NCBI GenBank assembly: GCA_030141605.1
Contig: JAQGDQ010000222.1
Coordinates: 248,001-312,000 of the forward strand
Reading direction: 5' to 3'
DNA from: Tubiluchus corallicola
Taxonomy: Eukaryota; Animalia; Priapulida
DNA length: 64,000 nt
Position 1 is the stretch's first letter. Each line of letters starts with the position of its first letter. The notes beneath the pieces are model-generated. The model searched no databases. It was not told where the DNA came from and saw only the letters and a list, made by a program, of their open reading frames with translations. Shown here in pieces: positions 1-23,600 of the stretch. The position numbers were made by a program, and so were the translations under genes.

Positions 1-27
1 AAACTAGTCTTATCTTACTAGCGTCAA

Positions 28-2443
28 AAACTCTAAATATAGTGTGACAATTAAAGCTACGTAGGCCTAACATTGCTCTATTTAGCGCAATCAGTATCTC
101 ATTAACGAAAGCAGCAAATTTGGACGATTACAGCAGCTTTCTCATTTGTAAATTACTTACACGATCAAACGCTTTAGAGAATTCCATTAAGCAACAACAG
201 ATAGATTATCACTATCTAAATAATTGCTTGATAAGCTCAGAGCTACAGTTTGCGTTAAAAGAAAACACCCCTGTCCCATGCGTTCCATAGTACTGCAACT
301 AGATAACTGGTAGGACACAATGCAGAGATATTTAAGCAACGATAATCAAGTTGTCATCAAGGATTAAAGCTCAGTCAGTTTCTTCTTTCCATCCCATAAT
401 TTTTACGATCACTTTCTATTCGGTGTGATCGTAAAAGTGATATTAAAGGGGGAATATCATGAAAATCAAGTTAAACTTATTTTATAGTTGCCTTCTCCGG
501 GAATAGCTTGGCGAAGTTTTTTAAGCAGTACGTTGTCTAATTAATGAGTAATTAATTTTTTTGTATCTCACCGGAAACGCCATGGAGCTGCACTTACGCC
601 TCTCACCCTGAAAAAATTGAACTAGCGCAGCTCAGGCTGGTGACGTAACAGAGTGTACACGCAGGCTGTTGTGATACTGTCGTACACGACTTGGCTAAAA
701 TAAAGCTGTTGTTACTACATTACAGAATTTGACCTTGGTTGGGATAGGTAGTCAGCTGATAGAAACGATTGTCGTTGCACTCGTTAACATGTTTTCATCA
801 AAAGCGATATTTTACGACCCTCGAAAGTTATAGGTCCATTATAGTATATTCTAATAGAGGTAAACAATCATTGTGCAAAAGGAGGCCTACAGCATATTGT
901 GAAAATTCTTGTGGCGTTAATTGAAAACATCGTCAGCAATACAAGCTGCAAAAGTGTGGGCCTTGGTAACGAAAGTTCTTTTCTTGTAAAACAAGTCCAT
1001 TATAGTAACTTCATTCTGCTAGAAGAATTCATGAATTTGTAAACACAGATAAACTCACTGAAGCATAACTATAATGCTAGTGTGACAATTTTCAATGACA
1101 GCTTCATTTTATCAGCCTTGACAAAAAATATGTGAAGCCCATGGACACATAGACTATAACATATTAGCTGTAGACTTATTAATTAAACATATATGAACAT
1201 TTTTAACTTTGTCGTGTTTCAGTTGTTTAAATCAGTAAGACTTTTATACCAACCAGAACTTTAACCGTTATTCATTAGCTTTTGTTTTTACATGATAACA
1301 TCATGTTGTGTTTATTTTTACACAGCAGTATTATTAAAATATTAGGATTAGATAAAATTCTTGTGGTCAGTTGGTTTTAAATAAAAATTAATAATAAAAT
1401 AATACATTTATTATTAATATAATTATTATCCACTTTTACAAAATAAAAAACTAACGATATAATGTGGTTCGATGACAAAATAATTATTTATTGCATTACA
1501 TGGTGTAACTGTGATATTTTTATTGAAATGGATACAAATCTCGAGATGACTAAACTGCATCGATAAACTATGCACTGGGCTTAAAATGAAACAAAAAAGA
1601 CACTACAAAAAACTACATCTGACTGAATCTCTCCGAAAGTGTAAGCACAATATTTTTAAGACTAGAGTTCATCATGTTCTAAACTCTCGTTTCAAAGCAA
1701 ACAGCCGAGAAATTATCACACAGGTTGTAGGAGTGAATCCAGGCTTTTAGATTGTACTTTCATTGCTTCAATAATTTTCTGTTGCTCATTGGAAACTAAA
1801 TGTTATTATATTTTGGCTTCGTATTTCGATATTTTCTGACTGCTGCATCCCGTCTAATTGCTGAATCCTAGTGTAACACATTCCACAACCGTTTTTCAAT
1901 AAGAATAATCAGACCGATACCGAGCAAATCACGCATTCAATTCACAATAAGCTAATCTTTACCATGATACCGTCACTAGGCATAAACTGGGTAGAAGTAC
2001 TGTATGCTGAACGCTGTTTGTCGATGTAAACAAAAAATACACAAAACAAGAGTTGCGTACAATCGTTCTCCCCTTGGGCATTTTGCCAAGTTTCATCTGT
2101 AGTACGGCAATTTCGCCACCAGAGACGCAGGCGCAGATACATGCTCAATGGCGGCCTAGTCAAATGTTCGTCTTGTGTACAATTTTATCCGAACTTTTGC
2201 CAAGGATTCTTGAACATGAACGTTTCGTGAAGAATGAAGTACGCATTTCTATTCACAATATAATCGCGAGTTATTCCAGCTCAACTTAATTTTGGTGACA
2301 TTCCCCCTTTAACGCATTTACTTATGAGAAAACTGCTGTAATCGTCGAAACTTGCTACTACTGTTAATGACATACTGATTTTATTAAATGGAACAACGTC
2401 AGGCCTACATCGTTTTAATTTTTTCACATTTATTTAGTGTTTA
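28..2443. mobile_element. Old MITE-like element with long imperfect terminal inverted repeats (~28-153 vs ~2317-2443), interrupted by a younger TTAA element
   Basis: 61-153 (gtaggcctaacattgctc...gacgattacagcagctttctcatttgtaaat) is a diverged reverse complement of 2317-2409; similarity continues outward on both sides. The left end may lie at or before the window start. Confidence 0.65.
447..2308. mobile_element. Non-autonomous DNA transposon with TTAA target-site duplication and AG...CT termini (Kolobok-like)
   Basis: TTAA at 443-446 and 2309-2312. Left end agggggaatatcatgaaaatcaagtt vs reverse complement of right end agggggaatgtcaccaaaattaagtt (~26-bp imperfect TIR). No transposase ORF. Purine-purine termini with TTAA fit Kolobok better than piggyBac (CC termini). 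Confidence 0.75.
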
Positions 2444-3095
2444 TACAATATGTCAACAAGCCTGTAAGATCAAATATTTTAGGCTGTTTAGGCATACAAT
2501 CACTGGCATCGATAAGATCATTATGGGTCGTCTTATGATCGTTCAAAGCGGTTATCCACTTACTCCAGTTGATCATTCGCTGCCGTTGCCAACTGGTTCT
2601 TCAACTGTTGGTGTATCGCGAATTTCGCCCCGGATTTCACTGCATTATAGCGGTTTACAGAGATAATAGTCTATAGAGGCATAAGAAGCAAGCAAAGGTC
2701 AATTTTATTTTAAATATTTACCCTTGGACACTAATACGTCCATAGCCTATACTAATTAGTATCCAAGTCGACGGTTACTATGACACCATATGTTTTTGTA
2801 ACCATATTTTGGAGCCTCGCTAGATACAGGACAACAAAGCTCGATTCAATTCTAACTACAATGTATTGATGACATTGCATACGTTCATTAGATTTCCATA
2901 AAACGGGCACTGACGAAAGAAGACTAAAGCTTTCCCCAACAAGGTAAGTGGTTTCAAAGCCCTTAGCAGTTTAAGTGAGTTCCGCTGGTCCATAGACCAC
3001 AATGTTAAAATATAATTTTACGGTAACCGTTTGGCACACAACGTTTTCTGTCCTAACATTATTACTGTAAAATATTATCATATCTGTACTTGCAG

Positions 3096-14207
<11,112 letters not shown>

Positions 14208-17200
14208 GACTTTATAGTCAGTGATAAGGTCGTAGAATTCTGTACAGTAACTTTTTTATGGAGACAGGATAACTCCTATGAACTCGAAAAGCTGAAAATC
14301 TAAAAACAGCGAATGGATTATACCTCTCCAGGAAATACAATTCCTTGAGTTACAAATCATTTATACTCTGCGCTGGGTGTGTATGTACTGTATTATTCCT
14401 CTGAAATGGAACACTCTGTGATGTATGCCCGGTGCGCAAGACCGGCAGCAGAACATTTACTGTTGCAATGCGGAACCATACATGCTATAATAACTGTTAC
14501 GTTGATTGTGAAGTGTCGTCAACTATAATATCAACGTTGTTGCTTCAGCTATATAGGTACAGTGTACAAGGCGCAGTGAATGCTTACCACAAACGTTGGT
14601 TTATTTCACAAGCAATCTTCAAGAAAACATCATACATGTACACGTAGTATTAATGTAAGTTAAGTTTGTATGTTTAGTTTAATTTAGTTTATTACAATCA
14701 GCATATTGAACAGTTATAAAAACGAAAAGTTAGCATTTAGGCCTACCAACAAGTTATAATTATTTTATACAGCAAAATATAACCTGACAAAAAGTTGTAG
14801 CAATAAACTAAACGTTCAAAAAAAACTAGCAATGTCATTAAGTAACAAAATAACGATAATGTTTGAGATTTAAAGAAGTATTTTGAATACTGGAAAAAAT
14901 GCACAAAAATGCGAAGTTTAACTACATGCAGTTGAAAAACAGTACTCATAGTGCTCAGTACAAAAAATGAACTACTTGAGTACCAAACACAGTTTCAGTA
15001 TTTTTGGTTTCATCATTACTGTTACTCGGAACATTTATTTTTGTTTTTAAACTAATTATGTACGTATTACGTGCTACAGTTTAAACCAATTTTTTTCTTA
15101 AAAAGTCATGCATTAGTAACGATGACGTTTAGATTAATGTTGTTGAATAGAGAAAGTGAGTTACAGAACAGCGTTGTTGCTGTTGTTATATAACAATAAA
15201 AACACAGTGATCAAGTCATCCTTGCATGACACCATCACACAAACACAGATGCAATTAAACTTATAATTAATGTGTTGTGTTATAGTTAAATATTTAGCCT
15301 TTGCCTGTTATATTTGCATTGCTACAAAAAGTGTTGTTACTAATAATTAGAGTGCGTTACAAAATTTAGTGTAAAACACAATGCAATTTGATAGCAGCTC
15401 AGCGTCGCCAAGTACTGATTTCTTTCTTACGCGTCTTTGTGCAGATTTCTTTTGTACGCTAACAAACATCTATGTTAATGATATATTATTATTAATTTTG
15501 TTCAAAAATGATATCAATGATTGTATCTATATGTTCGTAATATGTTTGTTAGCAAAACTTTACTTATACCCTGTGTAAAATCACTTGCAGTGCCTAATAT
15601 GTTGTTACACAGTATGCTTTCTTTATAAGATATTTCGTGCTTTTTTAGTCAAGTAACATCGGCCAGTTGCTTTGTAAATACCATTACGACAGGTGTAATA
15701 ATGATACTAAATTTCTGATTCATGTTGATAGTGCTGTTTCATTGTTTTTATAAGTAATAACTGTAGGCAGCACACGAAGCTCTAAGATTTGCTAACTTTA
15801 ATCACTTTTATTGTCAATTGCTTCTTCCAACCAAAAATAATCAGATAACAAAGTTTCTATGTTAAAAAACTTTGGATGGAAGAAGCAATTGACACTAAAA
15901 TTTTGTGTCACACAACCACATATCCCAGTAATTACATTAATAAGTTTATCAGCTATTTAATGATTTATTGACCACAACATGTCTGTACTTTTTATTACTG
16001 TCATTGTATTTCTTTTCATTAGTTAATTTTAGTAGTATGATTGATACATTTAAAAAATTCATCACCTAATACTTTACGAAAAAGTTATGGCATGAAACAG
16101 GTAACTTGAAGATGATAAACCACTCGAGCTCTTGTTCTGAAAAGACAATCACCATTTCTAGTGGCAAATTGATACCTTCCAAAACTGATAAAGAACAATA
16201 TTATTTATTATCTAACTACACAGTTTTCAAAGCAAAAAAAAAATGAATTTACTGAGAGAGTGACTTGAAAATTATACTTAACAGGCTTTTTATACCATCA
16301 GATTTAACCAGTTTTTACATTCTTAAAGTGCCTTAAGGTGAGAAAAGTGAGATGCCAGTACTATTACAAGAAGCAATAATGAAAGAAGACATCAAAATTC
16401 GAGCAACACAGTTAAGTATGAGACTACACTTAAATCTGCATTATATTAAAGCAGGAATTAAAAATAATAACAATTATTAAAAATAATATTTTATATTAGT
16501 TTACGTATATATAAACAATTGCAATTGTATACAGGCCCTTCAAAAAATATCCATTTTTTTTACAATATTGAAAACAAAATATGCAACAATATTTAATTGT
16601 TAGAAGCAAATTAACAATATCCATAGTAATTTACTTTAAAAACAAAGAATGTGGAATTTTAATCTTACAAACATACAATAAATAAATACAGTCTTATCCT
16701 CCAATATATACAGAACCAGAAAATATAATACAGCCCATGGGTACACAACACATCTTCACAACTAGCCAACAGTTTGCTTAAAATTACTTGCATTGCTGAC
16801 TGCTGTTTTCAATACAGAGAAACTCAAAATCTTACAGATACATAAAATTAAAAGTGTGTTTACATAATCATTTTAATTGTTCTTTTATCTGGGCAAATGT
16901 CTATACAAGCCATAGACCTACAGCCATATTGGATACAATGACAGAGTGAGTGAATCAAAAGAGTATTGTGGACTAGTTTGCTCTTCTAAAACATAATATG
17001 GCAAAACTTAATTCGACATTTCTTATGTTTCTTAACACAGATCACACAAGATCATAAAACAGACAAGAAAATCACAAGGAAGCGATGCGACACAGCTTTT
17101 TGAATTAAGTTTTCTACTCAACGAAAACGTTGTAACTATCAAGCAATTAGCAAACTCACAGTTGGCATGTTTCAGCAATGAAAATACTGTAGAAAATATT

Positions 17201-17655
17201 TGTAAAAAGTTTAGATCATTTTATAAAACTCAATAGAAGACCTATACATTCTACCACAACAGTGAAAACTCAAGCTTTCAACTTCAAGCTATACAAAATA
17301 GTTAAGTTAGTATTGGCATAGCAACTGGAAAACTGCATATTAATTTATTAAGTAAAAATTAAAAATCGACTGACTGGTCAGTTAAAACAAAGTCATACAA
17401 ATAATAATGCTGTCTTAAAAAATAGTTTTTAGGGAGTGGCTTGGTTGACAAAAAACAACAGCTGTTGTTTACTTAGATACACATACAACAAAAACTTGAC
17501 AGACATCATTTGACAAGCAAGAAGAGTATGCCTAAAAGGCAAAAAATTGACCAAATTAGACCTCCAATGGATTCATTACTGACGGGTTTAATAAAGACTC
17601 ACAAGTGCAAAGTGTCATCATGATACATCATCATCTCAAATAGCCAAAATTATGT

Positions 17656-20600
17656 TCACAGTACATTATGATCTAGCGGTAGTATTGTAGCTACAATCAT
17701 CACAACTCCTGTAGGATTTACTCGGCACTTAAACATATCACCTGGATGCATGTAACCATAGTCGTGTTGATGAAATATCTCTTCCACATGGTAACCACGA
17801 GGATTTCTCAACCCAATATCTCGCAGGCTAGCTGTAAATTTGATTGGAGTTCCATCATCACGTAGATTTAGAAAGACCACTGCGAAACTGCCACGTGGAA
17901 CGATCGGTCGAACCCAGACCTGGACTCCTTGTCTCTAAAAAAGTATAACAACAAAACGATAACTATTAACTGACATCGATAAACAAGATTATCATTAAAA
18001 TGACATGGACACAACAGACATTTCAAGCATGTTTATCACTTGACTATGCCTGGTCCACTGCAGATTATTCAGGCATGACTGGGCAGTTTCACATTTTGGC
18101 TCCTCTCATTCATTTAAGCAATCTCAGCTTTCTATTCAGACAATTGTCTAATCCCCTGTCCAAGTGTTCACTATGCATGTTTTGCAACTCTAGCTTCATA
18201 GTTTTAGAGTTATTCAAGTTTACACATTTTACCTTCTATCAAAGAGTTTGCAAATATTTTTAGCAAAGTGGAATAAAGTAATAGATAGTCACGGCATAGC
18301 CAGGTTCTAAGGTTAGGAGGAGCAAGCACATAAAAAAGGCACCATGACACATGAAGCAACTATATGTTTGTCTATGCCACAATAGACAGTATCAGTGTGT
18401 GACAAAAATGTAGTTAGATTTAGGGCAATTTGATCTTGGTCCAATCAGTCAATCTTGACAAATAAGTTCCATAAATGCATGCTAATTTCAAAAACATGGA
18501 AGACAAAATTGTCAAATAAAGTAATAAGGCAAGTTAAAAAGGCACCAATTTTGAAAAAATGTGCTCAGGGAAAATATGATTTTCCAAAGAAATGACAACT
18601 ACTCTAAACACGGTAATACTTACACTGAAAACTCGTCTTCCCTGGACCCCTAGTGGATCCTGATTGACTGCTATAACTTTTTTGTTGAGCAAAATCCTTT
18701 TATCTTCCTCGCTAATTTGCCTAAGATCATTCGACATGAACAGTGGTGCAGCAAAGATGGCCCACATGGCAAACTGAGTTTTACACTGTTCGTGGCTTAA
18801 TCCAAAGTTTCCTAATAGCAACTGAAATCGAAAACCAAGATTAAAATTAAAATGCCTGATGTTTCTGAAGCATGTTAGTATGACAAATATCACCAGTTGA
18901 GCAAAGAATCCGAAACAGTGAGGTTAACTGAGAAACGAGCCAAAAATAAGTTTATATTTCATCAACAAATATTACATGCAGCAGTCAGGTTTTCCTACAT
19001 TTCCTGGGGGCTCCAGCAAAAATATTGACAAAGCTATGTTCATTCCTACATATATGATTAGGTAGCACAATTAACAAAACAGTTCTGTCATGTTAACAAC
19101 TTATCTTTAGTAACAAAAGTAATGATCCAGGTTCCACCTCTTGGTGTGTTGGATTTCTAAATCTGAACAAGCTCACCATATCTGGATCATTCCAATGACC
19201 TGGACCTGCTATCTTGGCAAGTAATTCTTGGTTGTCTCCATAAAATTCAATAATGTGATAAATACTCTTCCAACTATCATCTATATCATGGTACATTCTC
19301 CACATATTGCAGTGCTCAGGCAACTGTGTCCAATTGAACTGTTTCAGCAAAAAGTAAAATAGGGTGTATGACAGAGAATTCACAAAAATTGTGCAAATAT
19401 ACAACCTGTTCACTAAATACTAATAACAATTTCCTAAGTACATGGTAATAACTGCCGACTTCAACATAAAAGCAAAAATCAATAATCTCGCCTTTCACAA
19501 CTATACCATTTATAACTAGTTATGTGCCATGTTGGTCATTAAGTAATGATTTCCAAATTAATTATAATATCATTTTATAGTACCAATACGTCTGCAAGAT
19601 CAAATTTTCTTAAAAGAATGAATAGGTTAGCTTTAATTAAAGCAATGGCCAAGTCTCTCGGGAAGTTGATCTCATTTTGATATCTGAGAAAAATGTTAGA
19701 TAGTTTCAGAAATGACAAGTGTCTCATGTAACTAGTAAAACAAATTTAAAGTCGCGATCATGCTCATTTTGAACAAAACACGGCACCATTCAGTTACCAT
19801 ACAATATAAATACTTATTCTGCCAGGTGTTTCAGCAATCTTTTCTTGACTTACAGAGCAATCTCTATAAACTATGTAACTCACTCTACACCTACTATATA
19901 CTTGCAAGTTTGCATGCGCATCTGAAAGTCAACAAAAATCTGTTAAGTAATTATTTACACAATTAATATACACTACTTACTCATTTTAAAGTATAATTCT
20001 GGGGATTAAAACTACGTAACAACTTTAAATTTGGTCATAATTGATCCAGTGACTAAGTTTTACATAAACAAAGTTAAATACACTGCTAGAATAATGGAAC
20101 TTCTGGGTGTAGAAATTTTGCAAGGCATACCTTCACCACAGCTTGTCTTTGCAGCATTCACACTGCCTAGCAGGCAGCAGCTTACGTCATTTTTTTCAAA
20201 TATGCTGGTAGCGATATTCGTTTGGCAGGAATTAAGAAATATTTATATTTCTTTTCCTTTTTTAAGCAAGGCATTTTATGTGCATATATTACGTGGTGAT
20301 TTCAATATTTTAATTGTATATTAAAATGCAGTAAATATAGTTTCGAGGATTGTTTTTCCATTAAGAAGATGAAGAAATCACACGCAGTTGAAAAATTAAG
20401 TTCAATGTACTTACAGGTTTTCCAGCAGCAAAAAAGTAATAAGGCCAGCTGCAGGAGTAAACCATGGGACGACCAGTTTTGTTTAATGCTTTTCCCATTT
20501 CAGGATATGCTATAATAAAACGTGGATTATATATCTCATTACAAATGAAAAAATAAGAAACAACATTTTTGATTTGAAATAAAAGAAGAAAAAGAAATTT

Positions 20601-23600
20601 TTAAGTACCAAAAAGTTCTATACAAAGTTATATTACTTAGCATTATGCTTACCTGTTTGAAAGACTTATATAAATATATAACTGGAAAAGAAAATTCTTC
20701 GAAAATTAAAAAGCTTATGCCATCTGTTAAAACATCACTGGTTCACTATCCCAGTGTGCAATACTGGTTTATCAGAAAACATATTATTAATCTTACTGAT
20801 GCTCAAGTGAAAAAATTTATATTTTTGCTTAATCAACGAAACAAATGCTACAAATGCTCTAATTCTTTTTTGAAATAAGCAATGCTATCTGAACTTGTTT
20901 CCAATGACTAACCATTGAAATAGCTACCTTACTGCTAAGACAAGTTCCATATACAATAAGACAGCATATATGTGATACAAAATTTCAATGCAAATTTTTT
21001 AGCTTCTTGTAAAAGTTCTTTTGTCCTTTAAACCAAATACCTTTATCTAGTTTCCAATGCTCCGTAAAGCAGCCATCATACTTGAACATGTCTACTCCCC
21101 AACTTGCAAAAGCAGCTGCATCTTTCTGGATGTAGTTCCAACTTCCTGGATATCCCATACATGTTTTATCCCCAACAGCTTCATACATTCCATACAAAAG
21201 ACCTTTGGAATGAATCTGTCCAAAAACATGAATGCAGTGTTGGTACATGAATGTTATAATAAGGATATATTATAGAGTCCAAATTTGTGTCAGGCCAAGT
21301 TTTGTTTTCAAATAGCTACAGATAAAGCACCTTTGTGATGATGCAGACAAAAGTGCCTCACTGCAAAACAGACAGATCTAAGTAGGCTCTTAAAGTTAGA
21401 ACTGGTGCTCTTCTAGAGCCAATTTTTTACAATAGACTGCATAAATGTCTGCAGCCCTGTAATCAGCAGGACTGCATATGCAAACGATAAAGTCTGTAAA
21501 CTTTCAGTCCTGAAGTTTATAGCATGACATGTACAATTATGCATTATAATTCTCTGCTACATCACATGGCATAATTGCTAGATTACTGCAACAAGAAAAC
21601 AGTTTTAGAAATCGGAAATTCAATTCAATTCAATTCATATTTATTTGTCTCATCCAATTCAACAGAATGTTTGCTTAAATATGGTTAGTTCACCTTAGAA
21701 AATAAACAGACACTTTCAGCTATGAAACATTTGAAATCAGGGCTGCTAGCCTGTTTTTGCAAGGGGAATGTCTTAATGATAACAGCATGTGATTAGCTAC
21801 TTGGTTTAATAAAAAATCTGAAATTATGCTTTACAAGTAATTATGCAATTATCATTGTAAATTCATATAAAATTAACAAAAATAATTTTATTTACGTACG
21901 TAATCCCCCAAAGCTTTCATGCCATTTGGGAATCTCTTCCCGTCAGGCACCAAGTTTCCACCACGGTTCCGGCTCTTCTCCATATAGCAATCATCTACAT
22001 TGACGTAAATGTAGCCAGCATCCTTATAACCATCTTCGGCAAGTCGGTCAGCCATATCCATAAACAAACTCTCACTGGAATCAAATGTAAATGCTTAACT
22101 GTTTATGGCAGTAAAATTGCGGAAACTGCACAACTAGCAAACAGCAGTAGCTGCATTTAGCTAGTGACAGGAAGGACATTCCAATGACCTGGACCTGCCA
22201 TCTTGGCAAGTAATTCTTGGTTGTCTCCATAAAATTCAATAATGTGATAACTACTCTTCCAACTATCATCTATATCATGGTACATTCTCCACATATTGCA
22301 GTGCTCAGGCAACTGTGTCCAATTGAACTGTTTCAGCAAAAAGTAAAATAGGGAGTATGACAGAGAATTCACAAAAATTGTGCAAATATACAACCTGTAA
22401 CATGGAATCAAATGTAAATGCTTAACTGTTTATGGCAGTAAAATTGCAGAAACTGCACAACTAGCAAACAGCAGTAGCTGCATTTAGCTAGTGACAGGAA
22501 GGAAATTCAAATTAATAATAAATCTCATATAAATAATAATCTATTTCTTTTGTTTAAAGGAAGACTGGACTCAATCTCATTTTAATTTACTGTCCAAAAT
22601 ATACATTTTCCTGCCTATAAAAGTTAACAATTGTTCCTTATATTTGAATAATTAGCTTAGAAAGTTAATTAACGGCAACCGAACACAGCTATTGCTTATG
22701 TCAGAAACTAACCACAGTTTGTGCAATGGCAGGCGTCTTCCCTTGCGTGCCAAGCACATTTGCATAGGTGTTACAGTACTGCTTAAATGCATGATGTCAC
22801 GAAAAATGTGCTTTACATCATATGACATCATGAAACTAACACAGCAGTTCATGATCATGGTTATCACGGTACCGCCTTCTATTTGTGGGCCATGCGCACG
22901 TGACAAAAAGGCGCCGCTGCCAATCTTGGTAGCTTCACTGAGCCGCGCAAAGCTTTGAAAGTTTAACGAAATTTGAGGATCCGAGGTAATTATTATTTAA
23001 TCTAAGCTTTGATTTAAAATAAGCTATTGTAGTTTTCAATATTTTAGAGCATTCTTTATTCTGGACTCGTGTTTACACAATCATCCGGTTTTCCTTTAAG
23101 TTATGCAAAAAAATGTGAGCCACTAAGTCAAACTTGTGTGTCTTCTAAAAACTTGCTTTTTTCAGCATTTAGACAAAAGATTATGGTATGATTTAGCACA
23201 AATTTTCAACTTGTAAAAAGAGAGTTCAAAAGCTAGTTATACGTTTCTAACAGTGCTAATTAAATGGCTGTATGTACTTTCATGCTCCAAATAAAAAGTT
23301 TCTAGTCAAAACCGAAATGGAATAAATTCATGAAAACTGGAATGAATAACTGGATATTAATTTTAAAATTACCTTATACAGTTGTAAGGATCAGTATCAC
23401 AATCCGTTCCACAGCGAAAACGCTCCCATGCTAGCCAACCCATAGGCGGTGTCCTGGCCAGGCCATTTTCAAGTGCCAATGCCCGTAAAGATAAACAGAT
23501 GTTTAACAATACAATGACCAGCCACCTACATGAAAGTGATAATTAAAAGTGTTAAAGGTAAGCCAACCGTTAATGGATATTTCTAGTGTAGTACAGTCAT

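Noticed and set aside
270-312. TGT CCC ATG (CPM) as the start of the channel's Cys-loop exon
   Set aside because: No following FP.D.Q.C motif, an early stop, and it lies inside a repeat element; the Cys-loop exon must be upstream of the window.
2892-2943. 52-nt segment ag|AT...AAG|gtaagt upstream of exon 6a as a third exon-6 variant
   Set aside because: No similarity to 6a/6b, wrong length and phase, weak acceptor. It could be a cryptic or poison exon but nothing else supports it.
22157-22411. ORF as a second GH27 gene or a functional mutually exclusive NAGA exon
   Set aside because: Near-identical, donor-less, out-of-order copy of exon 6; treated as a templated insertion.
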